This document shows, piece after piece, positions 1 to 9,406 of a stretch of DNA of 14,997 bases. Location: assembly GCA_054661495.1 (NCBI GenBank), contig BAAFSQ010000243.1, forward strand, positions 1 through 14,997, written 5' to 3'. Source of the stretch: Zygophlyctis sp. KS116. Its lineage: Eukaryota; Fungi; Chytridiomycota. Position numbers and translations under genes: made by a program. Each line of letters opens with the position of its first letter. Position 1 is the first letter of the stretch. Below the pieces are notes generated by a model. The model was not told the origin of the DNA. It was given only the letters and a program-made list of their open reading frames with translations, and searched no databases.

Positions 1-133
1 GATTCAATTTCTACGAATGTTTCTCAAGAACAAGCAACTAAAAGCATCTAGGCCATTACTAATTAGGATTAAGTATCGCCTTATGCTTTTCGATCATTTA
101 TACTGCCGCTTCTGAACGCCACCGTTTAGAGAA

Positions 134-1390
134 ATGATAGAAGCAGTTATCATTTTATTCTTTCTTTTATTTCAGAATGTAGTTGATGCACAATCATGCC
201 TTATACTTGATGAGACAAACGCATGCGGGAGAGACTTTGTTGGTTTTCCTATCGATCTTCCAGCAATCAATTCCGTTCAGCAATTTAACAATGAGTTAGC
301 CAGTAGTACTAATGCTAATGCATATGCTGAATTTGGATGTAAAGCTGAAGAGATAAGTCAGTCCGCCATACCTTTTCTCAGATATTATAGCTCATTCTGG
401 TGTTCAGCTTGGGTAGGAGAAGCAGCCCAAAAGAATTGTACCTCAAATAAATCAAACTCAAGTGCATGGCCAGTCCTTTGTAGGGACCAATGCTCGTTGG
501 CAATATCTTCATTTAACTCACTGCTCAAAAGCTGTTCAGACAATTCGGACAAAATGGTACAGAATAGGAAGAAAATGATTGACTATTTCACAAAAACTTG
601 CCAAGAGTTTTCTTCAAAGCAAACCGATTCCAAATCTTGTACTCAAGGGGCTGAAGTGGAATCAAAATTTTGTGGTAAGATATTTTAAAATAATTTAGTA
701 GGTTGGAGTTCTAAGGATCTTGCTGTTACAAATTGTAAAAAGGATAGTAGCTCTTCATGCTGCTCCTCACTCTTAATCTCTGAAAATCGCCCAAATCAAA
801 TGGAAGCATGGAAAATCGCATTGATTGTGATTGCAGGGATCATTGTTTTGTTAGCTGTATACTTATTTTATCGGTCGAAACGGAAAGTTTCTACACTCTC
901 TGTTAAGGGGCTAGAGAGAGATTATCAATCTAATGAAAAAATGGACTTATCTGAAGATGCAAGGCGCATGAGCCGCAATACTCTAAGTTTAAGTAGCATA
1001 GGTCAACTTTCAATCAGTGAATCGGTAGAAGGTTATTCAGAAACATATAGTTTAAGGCCTGAAGTAAAGGAAAATTATATGCGAGTAGCCATAGAGAAGT
1101 TTACTACATCTGGATCAGACGAACTTCCGTTAGATATAGGCGATCTTGTATATTGCTTGAAAGAATTCGATGATGGCTGGGCATTGGGCTGCAATCCAAT
1201 CACACAGGAGCAGGGTGTTTTTCCTCTAATGTTAACTAGAGCCAAAAATGATGACTCAGTGGACATCTTTGATAAGAAATTATCATTTATTCGAAAACCA
1301 AGTATACGCATGTCTTCTCGCAGTAGTTTAGCCTCAGGATATAGCATAGAAAGTATAGGGGTAAATCCATTCAGAGGAAATGGATTTTAA
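134..1390 (+). CDS. Type I membrane protein: signal peptide, Cys-rich (Frizzled/Mid1-CRD-like) ectodomain, TM helix, cytoplasmic SH3 domain (~409 aa)
   Basis: Exons 134-674 and 702-1390, joined across a 27-nt intron (gtaaga...ttagtag, 675-701), give ...SKFCGWSSKDLAVTNCKKDSSSSCC... in frame. N-terminal hydrophobic signal. Cys motifs RYYSSFWC, LCRDQC and CTQG..E..FCG resemble a conserved fungal CRD-TM-SH3 family. TM IALIVIAGIIVLLAVYLFY is followed by RSKRK. SH3 motifs: DELPLDIGD, DDGWALG, GVFP. Confidence 0.85.
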
Positions 1391-1414
1391 TGCGTCATTG
1401 TTCTTGATCACTAA

Positions 1415-1431
1415 TGATGACGTGGCGCGAA
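1415..1431. promoter_or_regulatory. CRE/ATF-like TGATGACGT followed by E2F/SCB-like GGCGCGAA
   Basis: CpG-rich patch tgatgacgtggcgcgaa in the 83-nt intergenic region, about 45-60 nt upstream of ATG 1474. The same TGATGACGT occurs inverted at 8032-8040. Confidence 0.35.
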
Positions 1432-1473
1432 TCATTCTTGTTTGTTTAGTGTAAAAACATTTTGAAAGATCAT

Positions 1474-3395
1474 ATGTTATCTAGTGAGAATGATCCAGTT
1501 TTAGGTCGATATGGTCGATCAGCCGATGCATTATCATTCTTTGCAATCATTTTATGTAGACTTTTTTACATATTAACATTCAGCGGTAATATATCTTGGT
1601 ATTCAAATGAATCTCCCGGGCAGACATCATTATCAGGATATTGCAAAAGCTCAATCATCTTCAAACTCAAATACTGTGTATTTCTCTAAATACTTGGCAG
1701 ACACTCCATCCGATCCTGAGCGTCCGATTGTTGCCACTGAAAGTGCGAACGTTGTAACAGAAAATGCCGGATCTATTCTAGATTTCCTTCCATCCCTCAA
1801 GAATATATTGGCTGATCAAGAAATTAAAGATGAGCCGCCGCAAAAATCATCACAAAATATTGAGAATGTCGAAAAGAAAACTCAGACACAGAATAAGCAA
1901 CCTTTTGACAGTTTTCTATTTTGGAAGCCACTATTAGCAGATCATGCAAATGAGAACAAGGAAGACTCAAACATTTTCAATGGATTTTCTACAAAATTGC
2001 AGCAATACGACTTGTATAATTGGCTGGTGAATTTTCTAGTGAATGACGAAGACTTTGATCAAGTCGTAAAAGACAAAAGCTCAAAGTCTGAGTCACAAAA
2101 GCTTGATTCTAATAGTCCCTTCTCAATTATTGATAGTCTTTTTGCAGATCCAGATCTAGCTGGTGCGATTTCTGGCGTAAAAGATCAGGAAAAGAATAGA
2201 ATTAAAGAAAATGTTATACCAACGGATACTTTGAAAATCAAGGAAAAAGAAAGGAATCAAAAAGAGCAAGAAAACAATCAAGAAGAACAGGTCAAAAAAG
2301 AAAAATTGGATGACGAACTTCATTTGGAAACAGACGAGCTGCTAGAATCTTTTAAAATTTTTCTAAGAGGATATTCTGCTGGAAAATCCAAAAAGAAGTC
2401 CAGTGATGAAATTCGAACAGACTTTAAGACATTTTTGGAGACTAAGCAGAATTTGGACAAAGGTAAGTCTAAATTTCTTTAATTATTTAGAAGATCAGGC
2501 ACAAAAATCATCATCCAAGAAAATTATAATTGAAGAAACAAAGTTTCGCAAAGGGACTGCTGAGAAAAATTTGGGGGTTTCCTCCATTCTAAGTAAGTTC
2601 TTGGTTGACGATGAGCTAGTGGTAAGCCAAAATCAAGGACTGAAACAGGTGAAAAATGCCCAACCAGAAGATTCTAGCTTCGAACATGTTAGCAACTTTT
2701 TAAAGGGGATTCTGGCCGATGATGGTCAAACTAAAGACTCTAAGCCGAGAAATGAAGGCATGAACAATAGAAATGAGATAACTGATTTATTACAAGAATT
2801 TCTAGCTGGAAATCAGAAAATAGAAACTTCGCAAACTGCTCAAAATGAAGAAAAACAAGACAAGAAAGGATCCACCGTTACCGACTTATTCGAGGAATTA
2901 TTAGTAGAGAAAGATTCGGAAGTAAACTCACCAAGTAAGCGGAGCAGCAGTGATTCCGATTCTTCCAATTTTTTTACTTCGTTATTGGCAGATGATTCCT
3001 CGGATAGTAACAGTAATCCAACTACATCTGGGCCCAAAATTTTATCATTTTTTAAGAATCTAATGGCAAAAGAGACCTCTGCTGGAAACAAGGATATTAA
3101 AACTCCCATGAATGATTTTTTGGATTTTTTCGGAAGTGTTTTGGCAGATGGAAATGTTGTAGAATCAGAATTCGAAGAAATTTCTCACGATGACCCTTTC
3201 CATTTATGTATTCAAGCTTTCTTACTAAATGGAAATGAAGCACCAAAGAGCACATTTCCTGATGAAATAAGGAAACTCTCGACTTACTTAAAAAAATTCC
3301 TTTACTCTGATGAAAATAATTATCCCAAGAAAAAAAATAGTGATAAAGAGGAGGGCAATCCATTGGAATCTTTTTTTAGTGGTTTTTTGGCATGA
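1474..3395 (+). CDS. Uncharacterised membrane-anchored protein with ~17 amphipathic 'phi-x-x-phi-phi-x-x-phi-L-A-D' repeats (~621 aa)
   Basis: Exons 1474-1555, 1584-2462 and 2491-3395. Two 28-nt introns (1556-1583 gtagac...cag; 2463-2490 gtaagt...tag) join three ORF-track frames into one ORF and rebuild an N-terminal TM (ALSFFAIILSVIYLGIQM). Confidence 0.8.
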
Positions 3396-3433
3396 TAGAA
3401 GCAAAATAAAAAATCTATTGATAAACTACAGTT

Positions 3434-5912
3434 TTATTCCACGAATAGATGCATAATTCCTCTATCAGAATCTCCAAGGTGTCGACACACATCAAACGCC
3501 AAGAAAAGATCATCATCTCCAAATATTTGAATAAAATCACCATCTTCGTCTTTATATCGTAACTTTAAGGATTGATTTTCTGGTAAGTTAGTGCCTGCTA
3601 ACTGTATTTTTCTCTCGATTTTAGATAGAAGCTCTGCATAAGAGCAAATTCCAGCCAATGCAATAACAAATATATCAGACCCATAAAATACCTTAACTTT
3701 GATCAGCGCGGAAGAAACAGAGCCTCTAGATGGGGGTAAAACAGGAGACCGAATCGACATACCAGTAATTCTACTTTCATCATGTAAAGACAATCTGCCT
3801 ATAGATTCCACAGAAGGGCTTTTTCTCGATATTGATGATCGAGAAAAATTTTCCGTTGATGATCTTCCACTTGTATACATCCCTGGAAGGGGCAAACCAG
3901 ACTGAGGAGGAGCCGTCGGACTTAGAGGAGAATATCTTACCGAATCTGAATTTCTAGAAAGATTAATTTCGCTTGAGTCTATAATCTGTTCTTGCCCAAA
4001 TGTCTGTGCTCTGTTAGGACGAATTACTGAACTCGATGAGCGATCCGAATGGTTGAGTGATGATGCTCTTTCTCTTCGTCCCATGGACTGGCGGGTGGAA
4101 TCAGGACTATGATACGACCTTGTAGATAAAGCAGAATATCGATCAGAGTTTTTATCAGCATCTTCCCATGAGCGATTAGATTCTACTGAATATCGCAAGT
4201 TAGACGTAGAGCCACCCAAATGAGCTCCATGCATGCTCTTATCTTCATAAGTTCTTCTTTTCCTATTTTTTTCTTCTGCAATAACTTTTTCTAATCTCTG
4301 TTTCCAAAGTAAAACTTGCTCCTCGTTCTTGCATTTTAGAGAAAATGACTCCATGTCTGCTACATCCTTCCAGTATATCCTAAGATTAAACGACTGCTCT
4401 GCTGGCTTAGAGGAGTTTACAACTTCAATGACTGAAGACATAAAAATATTTCCACGCAGTGCATAAGAAGGCTGGTCATCTTTTGAAGAAAATCGTTTCT
4501 TTTTTTTCTGATCTTTACAGCACAGCAAAACTTTTTCAAAGAGAAAAACATGATATTCCTTATCCCCATCAGGTGTACTCATTAGAAAACGATCCGAAAG
4601 AAGCAGCTCACCCGAACCATCCAGATCGAAATACTGGAAATCAAAATTCAAATAAAGTTTACCTTCCAATCACTGACCCATGATCTTAAATTTTCCTTGA
4701 GTTGGTGATTTTCATTTTTTCGAGTCATTTCATTCACACGATCTGCAACTCTCTTGACGACATCAAGCCCTCGCTTTAATTCATCCAAATGTGGATAAGT
4801 TTTTGCAGTTGACAGTTTGATAATTTCCTAATATAATAAACAGAAAAGTTATACATTGAGCAATAGGGGATATTTGCAAATCCTTTGAACAGGTTTTATC
4901 AGATGTGATGGTAAAGCAACAATAGGATCCATTGAACCTCCCAATTTCTGCAAAAATTCTGATTCAGACCTAGCCAACTCAATTGCCGACTCATAATTCC
5001 CACAAAACGGCACATAAACTGAAAATGCTTCTTCCTAGAGAAAGTTAAAATTAAAAAAATTACATTGCTAACAAAAAGGGCTCCGATTCTCTGTTCCTCA
5101 AATGGCAGAGCAAGAGTAGCTTCCATTGCAATTAGCAACCGCCTTTGAAAATCTAATAACTCCCCAAGATTACCAAATATCCCTACTACTAAATCTCTTG
5201 AAACTGATGAATTTCTTCTTAATTCATTTTCATACTCCTAAAGAATTAACTTTTCCAAAATATAAAGATTTTCTTTATATCAATACCATACCTGTAAAAC
5301 TTGTAAATCATTAATATATTTCCTTTCAGTCAATAATAATTCCTGAATAACTTTTGATCTATTATCCATTGGTGATTCTTTAATTTTCGTATCTAAAAAT
5401 GGCAATCTTCGCCTTGGAGGAGACAATCCCCTCTTTTGTAGTTCTTCAAGAACCTTGTTAACAGTACTAAGTACCTATAAATTTAATTTTCCGACTCTAA
5501 CCTTTACAAATCCATTTGTATCATCTCTATAAAGTTCAGTGATTGTAAATAATGAATCATCTGTAATTTTTAAATCTTCTTTACAAGCCAATAGAAAAAA
5601 ATAAATTGATTTCTTGCATGTGTTATTATATGTAGTTAGACCAGATACGTCTGGTACATCCAATTTTTTGAGTTTAAAACAATTTATCAAATGACAAAGA
5701 GGGGCTCCCAGTCTAAAACATCCCCATAAAACAGCTACAGGATCAATCATTGGATTGCCATCATTGTTTTTCATGAGATTTGCGACGCCTTCTGGAAATA
5801 AATAGAATTCAAAGCCAGGGATAGAATATAACTGTTCAATCGTCGACATGGTTTGCTGATAGAGTGAAGAGGATTTGGTGGAAGCATTGGCAACGGGGCG
5901 TTCTATATTCAT
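3434..5912 (-). CDS. CDC24: Cdc24/Scd1 Rho-family (Cdc42) guanine nucleotide exchange factor, CH-DH-PH-PB1 (~770 aa)
   Basis: Exons 5912-5502, 5474-5292, 5237-5064, 5034-4855, 4827-4663 and 4633-3434; introns are 27, 54, 29, 27 and 29 nt, all phase 0. CDC24 CH motif DPVAVLWGCFRLGAPLC. DH motifs RSKVIQELLLTERKYINDLQ and LIKPVQRICKYPLLL. PH motif YHVFLFEKVLLCCK. PB1 motif KVKVFY...LRYKDEDGDFI...DDDL. Confidence 0.95.
5238..5291 (-). other. 54-nt spliceosomal intron of CDC24 containing a perfect 9-bp hairpin (5260-5280)
   Basis: gtatgg...ctttag; removal restores DLQVLQ|EYENEL in the DH domain. Internal inverted repeat ATATAAAGA-aaa-TCTTTATAT. Confidence 0.85.
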
Positions 5913-5932
5913 GAGATTTCTTGGGTCGTCAA

Positions 5933-5961
5933 GTGCGCGTTTTTACGTGACGCGCACGCGT
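5933..5961. promoter_or_regulatory. CpG-rich element in the divergent CDC24/methyltransferase promoter: 8-bp inverted repeat plus MCB-type ACGCGT
   Basis: GTGCGCGT (5933-5940), a 9-nt spacer, then ACGCGCAC (5950-5957); ACGCGT at 5956-5961. The stretch has 7 CpG in 29 nt within a very AT-rich background. Confidence 0.5.
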
Positions 5962-6080
5962 TTGGCATTGGATCAGAGATTATATTGGCACATACTTCTG
6001 AGCCTGAAATTATAAAGTATACATGGCATATTCATTAGGCTATAAGTGGTCAAAATTTTAAAAATAGCGATGATGTAGTA

Positions 6081-7197
6081 ATGATGAAACAATCAGCCCT
6101 TAAAATTTTACAAATGTTTGATCAAGAAGAACAGGCTGCATTTGACTCTGTTGTACTGCACTTTGCTAATTATAGATCTGGAACCTTGCGTTTACCAAAA
6201 GTTAAAAGGATGCATGCAAAGAAATTACCATCGGACCATCAAAAGTATTTGAAAGATCATTATAATCTATTGGATACAGTTGAAGATCGGATCATTAGAA
6301 ATCAAATGTTTTTAAATTTTATAATTAAAGATCAGACTATAGTTAAAAAGGATGTTGGTTTTTCAGAATTGGACAAGATCAGAACCGTTTTAAAACAATT
6401 TGTAAGAGATTGGTCTGATCAGGGTGAAAAAGAACGATTGGATTGTTATTCTCCTATTTTAAAAGAATTGGATTCTATTCATGAGAATGTGGATGTAAAA
6501 GAAAGAGGGAAATTGAAAATGCTGGTTCCTGGAGCAGGATTAGCTAGATTAGCACATGATATTGCTACGTTGGGATTTTCTGTTCAGGGAAATGAATTTT
6601 CTTTTTACATGTTACTTTCTTCAGATTTTATTTTAAATCAGTAAGTTTATATAAGCTAATCTTATAGAGTTGAAAAGGCGTATCAATTTGAGATTTATCC
6701 TTGGATTCATTCATTCTCAAATCATGTATCAAAGGAATCCATTATCGAGTCTGTTAAAATTCCTAATATTATTCCTGGGAAAGACTTTCCTAGCACAAGT
6801 GAATTCTCAATGACTGGTGGTGATTTTATCCAAATTTATTCAGATTCTCAACAAGACAATAGCTGGTATTTTAGATTTTATAATAATTTAAAGGGATGCT
6901 GTTATAACATGTTTTTTTCTAGATACAGCCCACAATATTATTACTTATATAGAAATTATTCACAAGATCTTGAAGAATGGTGGAATTTGGATAAATTTAG
7001 GACCTTTATTATACCATTTTGAAGATGGTCACGATCCAAGTGTTGAACTACCACTTGATCAAGTATTAAAAATCATCAAGGCTATTGGATTTGAGATTAA
7101 AAAGTCTTATTTCAAGGAATGCACTTATACAAATCACCCAAAGACTTTGCTTTCCTATACTTATAATTGTGCATTTTGGGTAGCACACAAAGTTTAA
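6081..7197 (+). CDS. CARNMT1: Carnosine N-methyltransferase (N2227-like SAM-dependent histidine methyltransferase; yeast YNL092W family)
   Basis: Exons 6081-6640 (the start could be ATG 6114), 6668-6865 and 6894-7197; introns 27 and 28 nt. Motifs: LKQFVRDWS..G..ER, LVPGAGLARL, QGNEFSFYML, IYPWIHSFSN, GDF, TCFFLDTAHN, GGIWINLGPLLYHFE. Confidence 0.92.
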
Positions 7198-7341
7198 CTG
7201 TTTAAATATATCATGGATACTGTCAATTGATTTTTTATTTTAACTGTTGAACTGCAATTCTTAAAACATGCGGCGCAAAAGGAAAAGACTTACGATACAA
7301 TGCCGCAACTGCCGTTAAAATCGATTCAAAGTTTGTCATCA

Positions 7342-7833
7342 ATGAAATACCTGTTATTGTTATTCTTGGCACAAATCATTACAGCAGACACCGTTGTCTA
7401 TATTGTACGACATGCTGATGATGGATCAGACGGACATCTTAACTCTAATGGCCAACAGCAAGCCAAATACATCAAATCATTTTTTTCTGGAAATCCTTTT
7501 CCAGTACCTTTTAAACTTGTTGCTACAGATGTTGTTCGTTGTAGAGAAACACTTGGACCTATTTCATCCAGTCTACAATTGCCTATAAACACTTGCGCTA
7601 CTGGCTTATCTACCACTCAAACTTGTTTCAAGAATAAAGTTGCTCTTGGAAAGAATAATCTATATGCTCTAAGATCTTCTGAAATGCAAAACTTTGTTAG
7701 AACCTTGGGAGCAACAGTTACTGCTGGTTGTCCGAATCCATCACAAAGCTTTAATCAGCTTTGGAAAGTTTCATGGCGGTCGAATCGTCCGAAAACATTT
7801 GAATGCTTTGATTTGATATTCCCAAACGCATAG
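7342..7833 (+). CDS. Secreted histidine phosphatase (phosphoglycerate mutase-like) superfamily protein
   Basis: Intronless. Signal peptide MKYLLLLFLAQIITA from ATG 7342 (an upstream in-frame ATG lies at 7300). Motifs VYIVRHA, L...GQQQA and RCRETLGP match the His-phosphatase branch 1 fold. Confidence 0.75.
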   Translation: MKYLLLLFLAQIITADTVVYIVRHADDGSDGHLNSNGQQQAKYIKSFFSGNPFPVPFKLVATDVVRCRETLGPISSSLQLPINTCATGLSTTQTCFKNKVALGKNNLYALRSSEMQNFVRTLGATVTAGCPNPSQSFNQLWKVSWRSNRPKTFECFDLIFPNA

Positions 7834-8074
7834 ATATTTCTCAAAGTTTGAATCATGAATTTCCTAATGATCAATTTAAAATCTTGTTTTAGCAAATCGT
7901 TTCACTTGAGTTGGCAGATGTATCCCTGTATCAAACAATCAATGCATTTTCAAATAATAACAAGGATAAACAATACGATCAGATTGTTGACAGGATATTG
8001 CATTTAATAATGTACTTGTTGCGGACCTGGTACGTCATCAAGTACGGAATGTTTAGAGCTTAGGTGAATAAAAA

Positions 8075-9355
8075 ATGGACGACGTCGATGATCTTTTGTA
8101 TGGAAATTTTGAAGAGGCCCCTATGATAGATTCTGTAATTGACTCATAATTAAAAATAGCTTTTAAGTTCTCCTGCAGCCGCACCTCCTCAACAGATTGT
8201 GATTCCAAAGGAAGTAACTGAAAAACCTACTCAAAAGGCTATTGAAATTACACAAGTTGAGGCTGAAAGAGAAACATCTCCTCAGCAAAATAATGGTAAT
8301 AGAGGTGGGCTCTTGGATCCGAATGTATCTAAAATGGGTAAAATGTTTATCGGAGGACTGAGTTGGGAAACTACAGATGAGGGGCTTCGGAATTACATGC
8401 AAATATATGGAGAGATTGAAGATGTCTTGATCATGAAGGATAGTCTGACAAATAGATCGCGTGGATTTGCGTTTTTGACTTTCAAAAATCCTGCCTCGAT
8501 TGATAAAGTATTACAAACAGAACATTATATTGATGGAAAAAAGGTGCGTTTGTGGCTAAATTCAAAGTGTTTGGCTTTTGTATGTCTAAATAAAAGATTG
8601 ATCCTAAACGAGCTGTTCCAAAAGAAGAATACGAGAGAGCTGAAAAGGTATTTGTGGGTGGTGTGCATACTGATGTCACTGAAAAAGAATTTAAAGAGTA
8701 CTTTGAAAAGTTTGGTACTATTACAGAAGCTACTATAATGTTTGATCGTAATACGGGTAGGCCTAGAGGATTTGGATTCGTGACTTTTTCAGGATGGGAT
8801 GGTGTACAGAGTGTTTTAGATGAACAAGCTAGTAGAGGTGTTTTTCTTTTAGGAAAAAGGGTAGTTTTTGTATTTTTGTTTTTGATCTCCCAGATGGAAG
8901 TAAAGCCTGCTTCCTTGCGCCATCAGCCGCTCGGTGCTACATATCCATCATACGGAATGCCAGGAATGATAAACATGAACATGTCTGGATATGGAGCCGG
9001 AGCTGGTCAAAATGGTAGACTGTCATATGTTAATTCTCCCTACAATACTCACGGTGCAGATACAGGATCTCAAGATGGATCTTCATCTGATAGATTTGCA
9101 GATAGGAGAGATCCATCACATCATGATGATGATCATGAATCGGCAAGGTCTGTAAATGATTTAGATGATGAGAACACTAAAAGAGGTGAAAGTAAATACA
9201 GGAATGCATATGGAGGAGATAGGTTGCAACGAGAAAGAGTTAGTAGATATGATCGTGATGACCGAGATTGGGATGATGAAAGATACGATAGAGAGAGACA
9301 GAACCGTGGACGTTATGATCAAAATAAACGTGGACAAAGGGGTAGAAGACGATGA
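8075..9355 (+). CDS. Two-RRM RNA-binding protein, Hrp1/Musashi/hnRNP A-B-like, with Gly/Met-rich and Arg/Asp-rich tail (~389 aa)
   Basis: Exons 8075-8134, 8160-8543, 8597-8860 and 8894-9355; introns 25, 53 and 33 nt. RRM1: KMFIGGLSWETT...RSRGFAFLTF...IDGKK|IDPKRA. RRM2: KVFVGGV...RPRGFGFVTF...GKR|MEVKPA. Confidence 0.9.
8544..8596 (+). other. 53-nt spliceosomal intron with an internal hairpin masking a cryptic branch point and acceptor
   Basis: gtgcgt...taaaag; removal gives the canonical DGKK|IDPKRA. Possible stem 8554-8561/8569-8576 (includes G-U pairs). Confidence 0.8.
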
Positions 9356-9406
9356 TTAGTAAAAAATATCATTCTTGCATATCTAAAAAAATTGAGAGTC
9401 AGTTAA

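Noticed and set aside
2403-2490. Overlapping ORFs suggesting a frameshift or pseudogene (also at 4634-4669, 6810-7022 and 8544-8738)
   Set aside because: Each is resolved by a canonical GT-AG intron that restores the frame.
7342-7833. Bacterial horizontal origin of the intronless phosphatase
   Set aside because: The signal peptide and Cys pattern fit fungal secreted PGAM-like proteins and base composition matches neighbours; no support without a phylogeny.
7979-8041. Possible minus-strand C/D snoRNA (TTGATGA...CTGA) and imperfect inverted repeat 7921-7940/7982-7997
   Set aside because: Poor terminal stem and no rRNA-complementary guide that I can recognise; the 'C box' is better explained as the CRE-like word. 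An Infernal/snoscan search would settle it.
8543-8596. Possible stwintron or recursive two-step splicing of the 53-nt intron
   Set aside because: Both two-step routes remove 52 or 54 nt and shift the frame; only single 53-nt excision gives IDPKRA.
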